A stretch of 64,000 nucleotides of DNA from Phoronis australis (taxonomy: Eukaryota; Animalia; Phoronida). The notes under the pieces are model-generated. The model did no database searches. It had not been told where the DNA came from and saw only the letters and a list, made by a program, of their open reading frames with translations. This document shows, in pieces, positions 13,401-24,783 of this stretch (its first letter is position 1; each line of letters opens with the position of its first letter). The DNA is taken from assembly GCA_002633005.1 (NCBI GenBank), contig NMRA01000072.1, positions 981,957 through 1,045,956 on the forward strand, written 5' to 3'. The position numbers and the translations under genes are program-made.

Positions 13401-16400
13401 GGTATGTTAGGGTCATGGTAGTAGGCAACGGAGGTGGACGGCTCATCGTCTCTTTGACCAGGCAACTGGTCAGTCTGTGACGACTCAGAAGACACGCTTT
13501 GGTCATCATCGGACAATTCAATCTACAGTACCACAGTACGCGATTAGTCAATGAACTATCTGTGAGATGTGCTTACACAGCACAAGATATCCTTAAAATA
13601 TTTTACATTTCCTCTCACCTGACCCTCTCTCCTCTAACATGAGTATATAGGCAGGTAAACTATCTCAATCTTTGATGAATATATACATGTTAAACAGTAT
13701 ATTAATGGAATTATTGTAACAAAATACTTCATTTTTACAATTTTTTTAAGTAAGACTGCAAATAAATAAAATGTTGGGGTACAGCCAGTATCTTGGATAC
13801 ACAAAAGAAGATTCAGATATACAGCAAAGTATTCAACTCACCGTCGACTGTACCCGGCCCTCCAGGATGTTCTCAATAGTAGCCTCTACTGAACGGGTCA
13901 GTTCAAGGTCGGCACTAATAGCAACAACTGGTATGTGAGGGAACATCTCTTGTACTTGACGCACCTGATTTAACAAGCCAAACATTATGCAATAATGAAG
14001 TCACATATTCCTATAAGCTCTGGGAACGAAAGCAGTTTTACACAAGAGCAATGCAGAGCATTGAAATGCGCCCACGAATGCATTGCAAATGGTGTGCTTT
14101 TAGGGTTATTTATCTGTATCATAAAAATGGCCATTAGATGGCGCAAAAACATAAAATCCATCCAAAAACAGGAAAATGACATATTTTATAAAAATCTGTC
14201 AAGGAACTTCAGAGAAACAAAGGAAAACACAATAAAATGAAATTGCCACTAGAGGGCACAGTGTCCGTTGGATCCGCCTGAACATCGTCGTCTGTTGTTA
14301 TCTTCATATAAATACACTTACTAAATTTAATAAAGATTCTGCAGTGGGTTTAGGAGATACAACTATGGGCGGAAAACAAAACTACCACTAGGAGGCGCCA
14401 CAGTAGTCAGTCACCATCATCAAAGGTCGTCTTCACACTGACAACATATACGCCAATTTTCAAATGATTTGGTTGATACGGGGTGGATGCCAAAAACAAG
14501 ATTTGAAAACAGCAAAAATGGCCACTAGGTGGTGCAAATACCTCAATTCCATCCAAAAACAGGAAGATAGCGTCATCACACCAATAGATTACAATATTCA
14601 AAATTTTATGAAAATCTATTAAGGACCTTTGAAGATACAGAGTTAAACGTAAAAAACTAAAATTGCAACTAGGGGGCACAGCAGTAGTCATATCTGTCCG
14701 AAAGTCGTCGTCGTCCGTAGTCAACATCATATAAATGCACTTGCTAAATTAAGTTAATATCCTGCAAACAGTTTAGGAGACACAGCCAAGAGTGAAAAAA
14801 AAAACTGCCACTACGAGGCACCCCAGTAGTCGAAGTTGTCAGAAAATCATCGTCAGCTGTCCACTTCATAGTAAAAACATACATGCCAATTTTCACAATT
14901 AGCCTGAAAACGGTTTGGTCGGTAGATTAGTGGACGCCAAAAAACTCGCAACAGTAAAAAAGGCCACTAGGTGGCACAAACTAGGTCAAATTCATCTAAA
15001 AACAGAGAGATAGCAATGCCTGTATGCCAAATTTTATCAAAATACTATGAGGACCTTTGAAGATACAGCGGTAAACGTAAAAAAAGAAAATTGCCACTAG
15101 GTGACACACCAGTTGTCAGATCTGTCGTTGTCTGTTGCTAACATCATATAAATAAACTTATTAAATCCTGCAAACAGTTTAGGATATACAGCCATAGGCA
15201 CAAAAAAAAAAAAACTGCCACTAGGAGGCACCACGGTAGTTGAAATCGTTGGAAAATCATCGTCAACCGTCCTCTTCATAGTAAGAACATACATGCCAAT
15301 TTTCACAATCATCCTTTGAGCGGTTTGGTTGACTCGAACTAAGTTGAATCCATCCGAAAACGGGAGGATAGTGTCATCTCACTAATAGGTGCCTACATAC
15401 CAAATTTCATGAAAATCCGTTACGGACTTTTGAAGATACAAAGGTAAGCGTAAAAACTAAAATTGCAACTAGGGGGCAAACCGGTAGTCGGATCCATCCG
15501 AAAGTTCGCTCATGCCGTCCCATTCATGAATGGAACATACGTGCCAAATTTCAGGAACGTATGTCAAAGGGTTTTGGAGATAGAGCAACAGACGCTGAAC
15601 GCCAGACAGCCGGACGCCAGACGGATGGACATTACGGCATAATGCGTCCACATGTAAATATATGGGCGCATAATGAAAGACAAAGCAATTGCATCACCAC
15701 AAATTGGTGAAATTTTGTAGGCTAAAAATTTTTCTCCACCTTGTCATCTGATTTGCCCACAAATCGTCCATATCTCTTTCTATCCATGCTCCCATAATGT
15801 GAGCTGATCACTTACTAATACACTGGTCAGAACTTCACAATTCCCACGAAATAGAAAAAATAATTTGAAGGTGAGGGACTGCTCAGAATTATTGCCAAAG
15901 TACAAAATATTCATTTACCTGAAACACAAAAAGGTTGATATTTTTAAGGTAAATTATATTCATGCTTCAAACAACCATGTTGTTTGCCTGTATGCTGATA
16001 TGGTAAGTCAATTTCCGGTGAATTTTTATGCGAAAAGAAAACATATACAGCAAATGAATTTCATCTCTTCACATCACCATTTTTATGACATGAAAAGCAC
16101 ATACTAGCAACAAGCCTAGATACCTCCCTCCTTCCTAAACTGTAACTATATTTTGTACATATCCCTCCCTTCCTAAAGCGTAGCTATGATTTGTAGATCA
16201 TTGCTAACTGACCCTAGTTTAAAGAAATCTTTTGCTCAATAACTCAGTAATCACATGGGTGAGGACACCCCCTGTCCACAAGCCCCACATGAAGTGCGAC
16301 TTACCATGGCATCCCTCTGTGAAGAGGTGCGAGTGACCACATTGGCTCCAGCCCTGGCTCCCAGCTGTGTGTGAGTCACCTCTACTGAGAAACTAGGCAA

Positions 16401-19400
16401 CCAGCTGACATAACGCGATGCTGGAAAGGACAGAATAACATACTGAAAGATACAGTTAATGCTCATGACTACACATAGTCTACATAAATTCATAAGTCAA
16501 AAAGTTTCTATTTACTCTGTATGAACAATTAGCGATCACTGGTATTCTTATTACATAGATACACATATATTGGCAAAAATATAGCAACACTTCACAACTT
16601 AATGTAACATGCCACTAATAAACAATATCTGAATTCCAGCACTTGACTTAAAAGGATACTAAATTTTGTAATAGCCTAGTATTAGTTACTTCTATATCAC
16701 TTAATTTTTTGCACAAAATAATGCTCAGTAACTCCTGAAGTTTGGAAAGTTATCATGAACAAAACACTTTATAAAACCTATAGAGTCAGAAAGAGTGACC
16801 AACGATTTGCATGAGTGAATGAAAGACTGTAGGGAATGGTTGCCCAGCTCAAACCAAAGGATCCACTATGTAACAAAATCAGGCATTTTAGCTGAAAAAT
16901 GCTTTTATCAAAAGAGGAAATGTACGATAATGGTAGGTGAAAGAACCTTTTAACTAATGACTAAAAGGCAATCTACACATAAGTCAGTCCCACTTTACAC
17001 TGTCATAACTTACCATCAAAGTGAAAAAAGTGGTTTGTAGTCCTGCCAGGAGGGGGCGCTTGCCTAGCAGGAGTGGTGTGTGTAGGTGTCTGGTCACCAT
17101 GGTTATTGTTATTAGGTGGAGGTTGAGGTTCCCCCAGTGATATGCGACAGGTTGGGCAGGAAGTGTCCTGCTCTAGCCAGGACCGAAGACATGAGCTATG
17201 CAAAAAAAGAAGAGTAAGATCACACAAGAAAAGTTTTAACATGATAAGGACAAACCTAGACAGACTGTGTCAGCCATATTTCTCAAAGTAAATGTTCACA
17301 TGGAAAAATTGTGTTAGCCACATCTCGTAGTGATTGACAACACATACAGGCGGTGTCAGACATATATCACTGTGAATGTCAGACATATATCACTGTGAGT
17401 GTCAGACATATATCACTGTGAGTGTCAGACATATATCACGGTGAGTGTCAGACATATATCACTGTGAGTGTCAGACATATATCACTGTGAATGTCAGACA
17501 TATATCACTGTGAGTGTCAGACATATATCACTGTGAGTGTCAGACATATATCACTGTGAGTGTCAGACATATATCACTGTGAGTGTCAGACATATATCAC
17601 TGTGAATGTCAGACATNGTATCAATCAAATGTGTTTAATGTTTTGTGATCTAATTCATTAACACTTCAACAGAGCACTATGTTCTTATAATTACAATGTG
17701 GCCTTTTCCAAGCTATAAACAACTAATTTGTGGAGCCAAAATTTTACATTAAACAAACACAAAAATTTATTTAGGTATTAACAGAACACAAAAGCTTAAC
17801 AGACTGAGCAAGTCAAACAATGCACAACTTGCAAATATTCATTTGAAGAATTATGACAATTAAATTTCAATGTGTATCAATCAAATGTGTTTAATGTTTT
17901 GTGATCTAATTCATTAACACTTCAACAGAGCACTATGTTCTTATAATTACAATGTGGCCTTTTCCAAGCTATAAACAACTAATTTGTGGAGCCAAAATTT
18001 TACATTAAACAAACACAAAAATTTTTTTCCATTGACCACTGTACATTGATAATGAATATTACTCAATACCATAATAACTCTTAAAAAAAGATGACAAAAT
18101 TGTACCTACTCACAAAACCACACAAAGGCACTTACTTGTGAAACAAATGATTACAAGGCAGTTTCCTGGCTGATTCCATTTTATCCCAACAGATAGCACA
18201 ATCGTCATCATTAACTTCAAGCTCCTCAAGCGTTGCCATAGGAAACCTGGAAAATAAGTCTTAATGAATGACAGGTAGAATTAAAAACACCAAGTAAACC
18301 TTTCAATGAAAATTCCATAAAAATTGCTTCATTCGATTACTATTCCACAATTAGTACCAAACACTGAATGATAAAGGCATTATTAAGCTAAAGCATTTGC
18401 TCATGTCACAAAGTGGATTGCATGGATCCAGGCGCCTGGGTGATTTGTTCTCACAGCTTGTCGTAAGGAGTTTATTAACATGCTCCAAACTATTGAGGGT
18501 TGATCAGAATAACTGCCTTAATATTTTTCAAGTGGTTGTTGCGGTGAAAATTCTTCCTTTTGGGACAGAAAATACAAAAAAATGTATTTTGTATTTTTCT
18601 GGCTTACTGAACAAATGCAAATGCTCAGAATTTTACTGAATTTTGAGTGGCAGCTATATCATACACGCTATCTTCACAACAAACTATAGTTTACTTAAGT
18701 TATTTCTGCTGAGATATACCGTATTTGCCCTAATAAGTGCCCAGGGCGTTTAGAAAAATTCGCTTCAGGGAGGGGGGCACTTATTATAGCCAAAAGGTGA
18801 TTGAAACCCAGTCTCCGAAACAGGTGAAATGGTAAACTAGAATTCATCAAATTTACGCTCCGTGACCTATGACAGAGTTTCTACAAAATTGAAGTGCATT
18901 GCTATCAAACTCTGTTGTTAAATTACGAGCATTTTTCAGAAAATCCCGCAGCCAAAAAATTGCCAGCTAATGCGTCACTGCCTCGCGGTCGCCGATAGGT
19001 CAACTTGAATTATTGAGTAAAAATATAGTTTCGACTCAACAAATTACCTGAAGTCCTTAAGTTTTCAAAATAGCATCCCTAAGATTTTTATGTTCCTGTG
19101 GAGTCGGGATTAACAGCATATTAAGTCCAAATCTGCGCTAAATCGTACTCCGCAACACGAGAAAAATCTCTGGACGAACACACGTTGTTGTCACATGATG
19201 TTTGTTTTGAAGTTCGTCTGCGTATTGTGTGAGTGAGCGAGTGCGTGTGTGTCATCCGATGGGAGTTCATTTGCCAAAGTAAACGTGATGTAACGATCTA
19301 GGTGTTCGTAACAAGGGAAATTAACACAAGCAATAAAGCAGAATGTGTTTTATTTAGCACTTGTTGATCTCATCTGCTAAAAAACGTTTGAGAATTGTCT

Positions 19401-22400
19401 CAGTAAGGCTGATGTCATTGAGTCGCCGGGTGACTGGTTGCGTGACAGTCTTACAGTTATTTTTCGGGAGATTCGGGGGGTTTAAGGGTTCGGAAGTGTT
19501 CACCATAGTGGGTCATTTTGACTTTAAAACACGAATTATGTCGAATTTAATAACCCCCCCTTAAAAATAACGCAAACGTTTTTTTAGGGTATTAGAAACT
19601 TTCGGAAATAATACCAGTATTTATTTCTTGCCGATGATATGCTACCCGTTTCACGAATAGATAGTTCGTGAAGACTTATCTTCGATGACAGGTATTTGTC
19701 AGTAGCGCGCGCTTCCTGGCCACGTGCTTTTAACTGAACAAAGGTCAAGATTTTATTAATCTTCGATTTGCGCTTGCGTTCTTTTTGAAGCACGGCGAAA
19801 GTTTGAAGTGTACAGTCACGGCTAAATACCGACATAGCGACGAGGCTCGTGGTCTACAAATTCCGCGCACAAATAATTTTTTCAGGACTGTCGTTTCTTA
19901 TTGATAAATTGAAGACGTTACTGTAGAATTTTAGAACTGTAGGTAAGGCATTTTTCGCATGTACACGGACTTCATGGACTGGGCGCTTACTTTAGCAAAG
20001 TCTGAAAACCCGTGAGGGAGCGCTTATAGGGGCATGGGTGCTTATTAGGGCGAATACGGTAAGATAAACCAGTCTACATACCGGCCATATTTTCACCGTT
20101 CAGGTAATGTTAAAATAGGATCTATCAAAATCAAAGAACGGTAATCGACACAGCACTACTACAACAAGACACCTCACCTTGCTTCCATGCTATTAATGAC
20201 GCGCAAGAAATTTTTATGACGCTTCAGACGTCGCTGAAACTCGAAGAAGAGGAACCTGAGCTGCATGCAAATGACCAAGCTGGCCATGCTGAGGAAGATG
20301 TTACTCCATATCTGAAACACAGAGAATATGTTCTGACTACACAGCAGACTGTACAGCTGTGATAAAGATAACATTTGGTAAGACGGGAGGTAATTGAAGA
20401 AGACCATGTTCAACAGAGCACGAGTTACACTGAAAGAAAATGCACAAATGTGTGTTACATCAGTGTTGGCAGAGTCGGGCAAGTGAGGTTAGACATTGAC
20501 GGTGAGTTTCAAATTAAAGCGATGTGAACCCACATTGAGTTACTCGGAATAGAAGTGATTTCTGGGATTGGAAACAACTGAAGGTTTTGACTCATGCCCA
20601 GCGCATAAAAAAACCCGTCATGACAGGTCAATTTGTAGCGGTTTGTTTCCATCAATTATAACAAATTGCCAATTCTTTCCTGGCCCAGGAATCACTAACA
20701 AACAATTTTAGACTGGTTTCATAATGCTAAATCAAAAGTTATTATGATGTGAAGGCGCAGTTATACCTGCTTTAACAGGCACACGGTTTTATTTACAAAC
20801 ACTAAAGCCTGAGAATGGCACTGATTAGGAGAGACTTCGGGCAAATACTGACCAACCCTGCAGTACGCTTCGCGCGATGCAACCTGACAATTTTTGAGTG
20901 GGAGCTCGAATGCCAACTAGTTGTCTCGGATACACAACTTACCAGCATATGAACGTGGTGCAGACCATCCACAACAAGAGCTGTCAACTCACACACCAGT
21001 TCACAGTAGTACATATAGTTTCCTTTATTCTCCCACAGTCCATCATGATTCAGGTCCCACAGGTGAATGGCATACCTGAAAGTGAAAGTGTGAATACACG
21101 GTCAACAATCTTCCTACATCATGAGCCACACAGGCATTCTCATGGACAGAGTTCTTTTTTCTACAATTCTGATATCAGAAACTGCATTTTTTTCTTATGT
21201 ACTGCAAATTTCTTTTCCCATAATCAACAATTCTTTTCACAAGAGGCATGCTGGATGCAATATAGGTGCTTGATACAATATATGAAATCTACACAACAAC
21301 CCCAAATATATGGGTTGATGAGAAATGCTTTTGTAAGAATCCAGTTCAAATACATGAGACATAATTTACGACAGTCTCCAAATGTGAAGCAACTTGTCCA
21401 TTAACATATTGTCAATCATTACAATGCTCTTACCTGTTGATACTGTACAGAGTACGTACAAGAAGCAGTAGACACTCAGCCACCATGAAGGCAAAGGTAT
21501 TGACTCCGACCCAGATACCCATGAGGACGCTGAAGGCGATCAAACCAGAACAGGTGAGGAAAATACCCACAAGAAGGAGTAACACCTTCACGTGGGTAAT
21601 CTTGGGTGTGGTCGGTGAGAACGACAGCTGAAAGAAGGAGAGAACAGAGTATGAGGCCAGCGCATGCACCGAAGTTGCTAAAAAGAGATCTGTGGCGGCC
21701 CTTAGGTACATTTTACCTCCTAATAGAATGTATTATGATGATGTTGTGAATTTGAAGTTTCAACAATTCCAACTTGGCCAGCTTCTGAGCACCTCCAATA
21801 TTACCTTCCTTCGCAAGGATAGATACTCGGTAAAATAAGCGAGAACAGCTCGTGCCCCCCCCCCCAATCAATCCATCTATGACTTACATATTCAAACCTG
21901 TCCCTACAGAGCTGTGAGAGAAGGTGAAGACATCCGAGAAACGTGAACCAAGCAGACCACAGGACCACCTCATCCATGTGCTGAACGTTCAGGACTCCAA
22001 ACACGAAGATGAACTTGTAGAAGACAAAGTTCCAGAACTTGTCTTTGAGATGCTGCATATAGAAGGACAAACTGTCAATACAAAACAAATGAAAGAACAA
22101 CAGGACTTATTATAGCATTTGGTCACAGTACAGAGGGAGAGAGACTAGCTTTGAAAACAGGTTTAATTTCACAAGACTTTACACAAAACTGAGAAAACAA
22201 AATTCTGTCAAAATGTCAACTCAAAACAGCAAAAATGACGAGTAACTTTTGAGTTATCACATTAACATCAGTCAAGAAAAAACATAATTGTTTCATAAAA
22301 GCAGGAAATAATAAAAGAGGGACTCGTCTGACTTATCAAAAATGAAATAAGGTGAAATAGACCAAGACCTGCTGTTCGCTAACTCTCAGATTACCAAAGA

Positions 22401-24332
22401 AAGCTTTCTGTAGTTGGTATGATAAACATGTTACTACACCAAACACAATGTAACTACCTGCTGTTCGCTGACTCTCAAATTACCAAAGACAGCTTTCTGT
22501 AGTTGCTTGCCCAAATTAATCAGCATGCAGTATGCAAGGTTGATCATCACCTGTAAAAATTTAAACGTAAACACTTGATATTAGATCATACAGAATAACG
22601 CTCGACTTACCTGAAATCATTTAAAGCAAAGTTACTTTCCAAAGTGTTTATGATTACTATATCATCAATTGGAAACAAAGCAAGATATTAAATTTTAACT
22701 TCATTTTCCCGTCCTTTTGAATGGAGGTCGGAAAAGGGTACGTCTTTGTGCTTGTTAATTATGAATTCACACTGCAGGGGAGGAGCAACAGTTTATCGAT
22801 TATTGACACTGTAACAATTTTTGTCAAATAAAACAAGAATCCCGGATTTTACCCGATATATAATTATTGAAGCCTGTAAGAGACTCAGATGCCAACAATC
22901 GATAGTAGTTAACGCACATGCCAACTTCCTTACTGAACTGAATGTGCGCAAAGTCCTGCTTTATTAGAACATCTAGTAGTAAAAATTAGAGAAGCTGACT
23001 AAATCGTCTTAATATTCTTGGTACTAGTATGTGCTTATTGTGAATATGTGTTGTTCTAGGTATTTTAAAATAAGTAACTTTTAATGGAGAAGCAGGGTCC
23101 TTGTTCATCCGAGGGGAAAGTGTCTGTGCTTTCTGAGATGGAAATTTTTGGGTGAGGGGAAATTCTACCCTTCCCCCCAGTCAGAATTAATAGCACCCCT
23201 CAACCCTTTTGCTAGCCCTGCTTCAAGTAGCCAAAAATAACATTTTGGGCCATTTCAAATCATTGACTGTGTGCGTTACAAGTGATTTGAACCTCGAAGT
23301 TAATTTTTTTATAACTTGAGGGGAAGTTTCAGGCTTCATGAGGAGCATTTCGGGTTAATTTTAAATATTTTCCGGAGGGGGAATGTGGCTGATATTCAGC
23401 CCAAAGTTGAGGGATTGAGGGCAATGAGAAGTATCACCGCCTGCGGTTAGCCCATACCAGAGGCACTTGAACTTGGAATTCTGCCTAATCTCAAGATCGC
23501 ATAAACGCATGAACTTGGAAAACACTAGAAAACTTGGCAAGTTCATTCAAATAATTACATTCACACTGAAACAAATTTGTAAATTTCAACCAACCTTTGT
23601 TGTTGTTCTCACCTATTGATGTTTTTTTTTTACAGTAATTGACTAACCAATCACATTTTCCTCCGATAGTGATTCACAAGTTCCGTCGTTCTGGTAAAGG
23701 AGAAATTGGGTGACCGTGGGGCAAATAATTAGAAAATTCTTTACAAATTTATAAACAAAAACATTCACCCGATTACACTGATAGATATTTAATTCCAAGA
23801 TCATGCATATGGCAGCATATGCAATCTTGAGATTAAGCGGAATTCGGCACCACTGCCACTGGTCAGATATAATGGTCACTGATTTAGAGAACTAGGCCAT
23901 CATTGACTAACGGGCTCGTTACTTAGTGGAAGAAACTGATTCTCTAAATCAGGGACCACTGTATCTGACAAGTGCCGAGGAATTCCAAGTTAACGCCCAG
24001 CAGAGCAATTGCTAATGGAATGCCAAGAAAAGTAGGAAACTGGCAAAGGCCAAGTCAGAGCAGTAAATGCTTACCCAAACGCATAGTGGTTCTTCGGAAA
24101 TCACACTGAGCACTCCTTGAACATAATCTTGATTAGTAAGTGAAACGTTTCTAGGGCGATCTTCCACTGTTTCATTCTTGGTATCGTTCTTAACGTCTGT
24201 TGACCGCCAGTCAGATGGGTTGACCACAACTTGATGGGCATAGTAAACAACGCTGGCAACCAGAATCATGGAAAAGCTGGTGTACGTCTGAAGACTGGGC
24301 AGGGGAATTCTTTCCAGCAATATCACTGGCAT
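10430..24332 (-). CDS. AMFR: E3 ubiquitin ligase AMFR/gp78, 13 coding exons, 631 aa
   Basis: Exons, all GT-AG and phase-consistent: 24332-24075, 22550-22458, 22052-21888, 21627-21434, 21075-20943, 20311-20178, 18246-18136, 17195-17014, 16420-16305, 13964-13842, 13522-13374, 13006-12887, 10547-10430 (sum 1896 nt). Hallmarks: MPVILLERIPLPSLQTY N-terminus; FGNLRVSEQQHLKDKFWNFVFYKFIFVFGV membrane region; RING-H2 CAICWDKMESARKLPCNHLFHNSCLRSWLEQDTSCPTCR; CUE VRQVQEMFPHIP...TIENILEGR; G2BR FSKSSSEREGMLDKRKQKMIEAAKQRYL. Confidence 0.95.
14041..15673 (-). mobile_element. Helentron-associated non-autonomous element (HINE/DINE-1-like) with ~140-bp internal repeats, in AMFR intron 9
   Basis: Subterminal inverted repeat ATGCGCCCA (14066-14074) / TGGGCGCAT (15663-15671); a second copy ATGCGTCCA (15642-15650); degenerate GACG/GACA microsatellite ~15590-15630; terminal hairpin CAATGC-aga-GCATTG (14049-14063); ten diverged tandem subunits. 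Confidence 0.75.
17355..17616. repeat. 23-bp minisatellite, ~11 copies, cut by a single N
   Basis: Unit GTCAGACATATATCACTGTGAGT; N at 17617. Confidence 0.95.
17618..18024. repeat. 151-bp direct duplication (17618-17768 and 17874-18024)
   Basis: GTATCAATCAAATGTG...CACAAAAATTT occurs twice with period 256; the first copy starts right after an N join. Confidence 0.85.
18719..20059. mobile_element. Non-autonomous Tc1/mariner (pogo/Tc2-like) element, 1.34 kb, in AMFR intron 6
   Basis: TA|CCGTATTTGCCCTAATAAGTGCCC ... GGGTGCTTATTAGGGCGAATACGG|TA; TIRs match at 21/24 positions; TA TSD; no transposase ORF. Confidence 0.85.
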
Positions 24333-24783
24333 TTTGTAATTGTTTCGTGTCCCTGAATTATCAGAAAATCATACTCATCAACTGCTGACCATCGAGTAGG
24401 TTTCTCCAATCCAACAATATGCGCAAAATATCAACTGTGTAACCTCCGCCTAACCCATTTCGGCGACAACATCAAGACGATTTACAAAAGGTCATTTTCT
24501 TTCACTTCGCGCTACAAGAAATAACTCTAAAGTTCGGTGGCTTTATTTAAGACAATACGAAAAGAAAATACTTTAAAAAAAACTTACAGTGTTCAAAAAT
24601 AAGAAACGTCTAATTCTTTAATAAAGGTTATAATTATCTTTATAATTTACAACGATGCGGGAAGGCGAATGAATTTATAAAATAGTTTCGGAAAACTATT
24701 TCCGCTAACAATTCTCGCGACAAAATTGGAGATGTTAAAGCTTTGGCGCTAATTTTCAACATTACTTCCTAGTTTGAGACAGG
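24333..24783. promoter_or_regulatory. Bidirectional promoter region shared by AMFR and GINS3
   Basis: Divergent ATGs are separated by 451 bp. E2F-type TTTGGCGC at 24742-24749, TCTCGCGA at 24713-24720, ETS core ACTTCC at 24764-24769. Confidence 0.7.

Noticed and set aside
17355-17616. CRISPR-like regular repeats (also 28778-28993 and 56850-57010)
   Set aside because: The first two are head-to-tail units without spacers; the third has only a 10-bp shared motif. Eukaryotic context and no cas genes.
20898-21404. 168-aa plus-strand ORF, and other antisense ORFs such as 32724-33095, 44429-44767 and 54824-55135
   Set aside because: Antisense shadows of real minus-strand exons with no recognisable domains.
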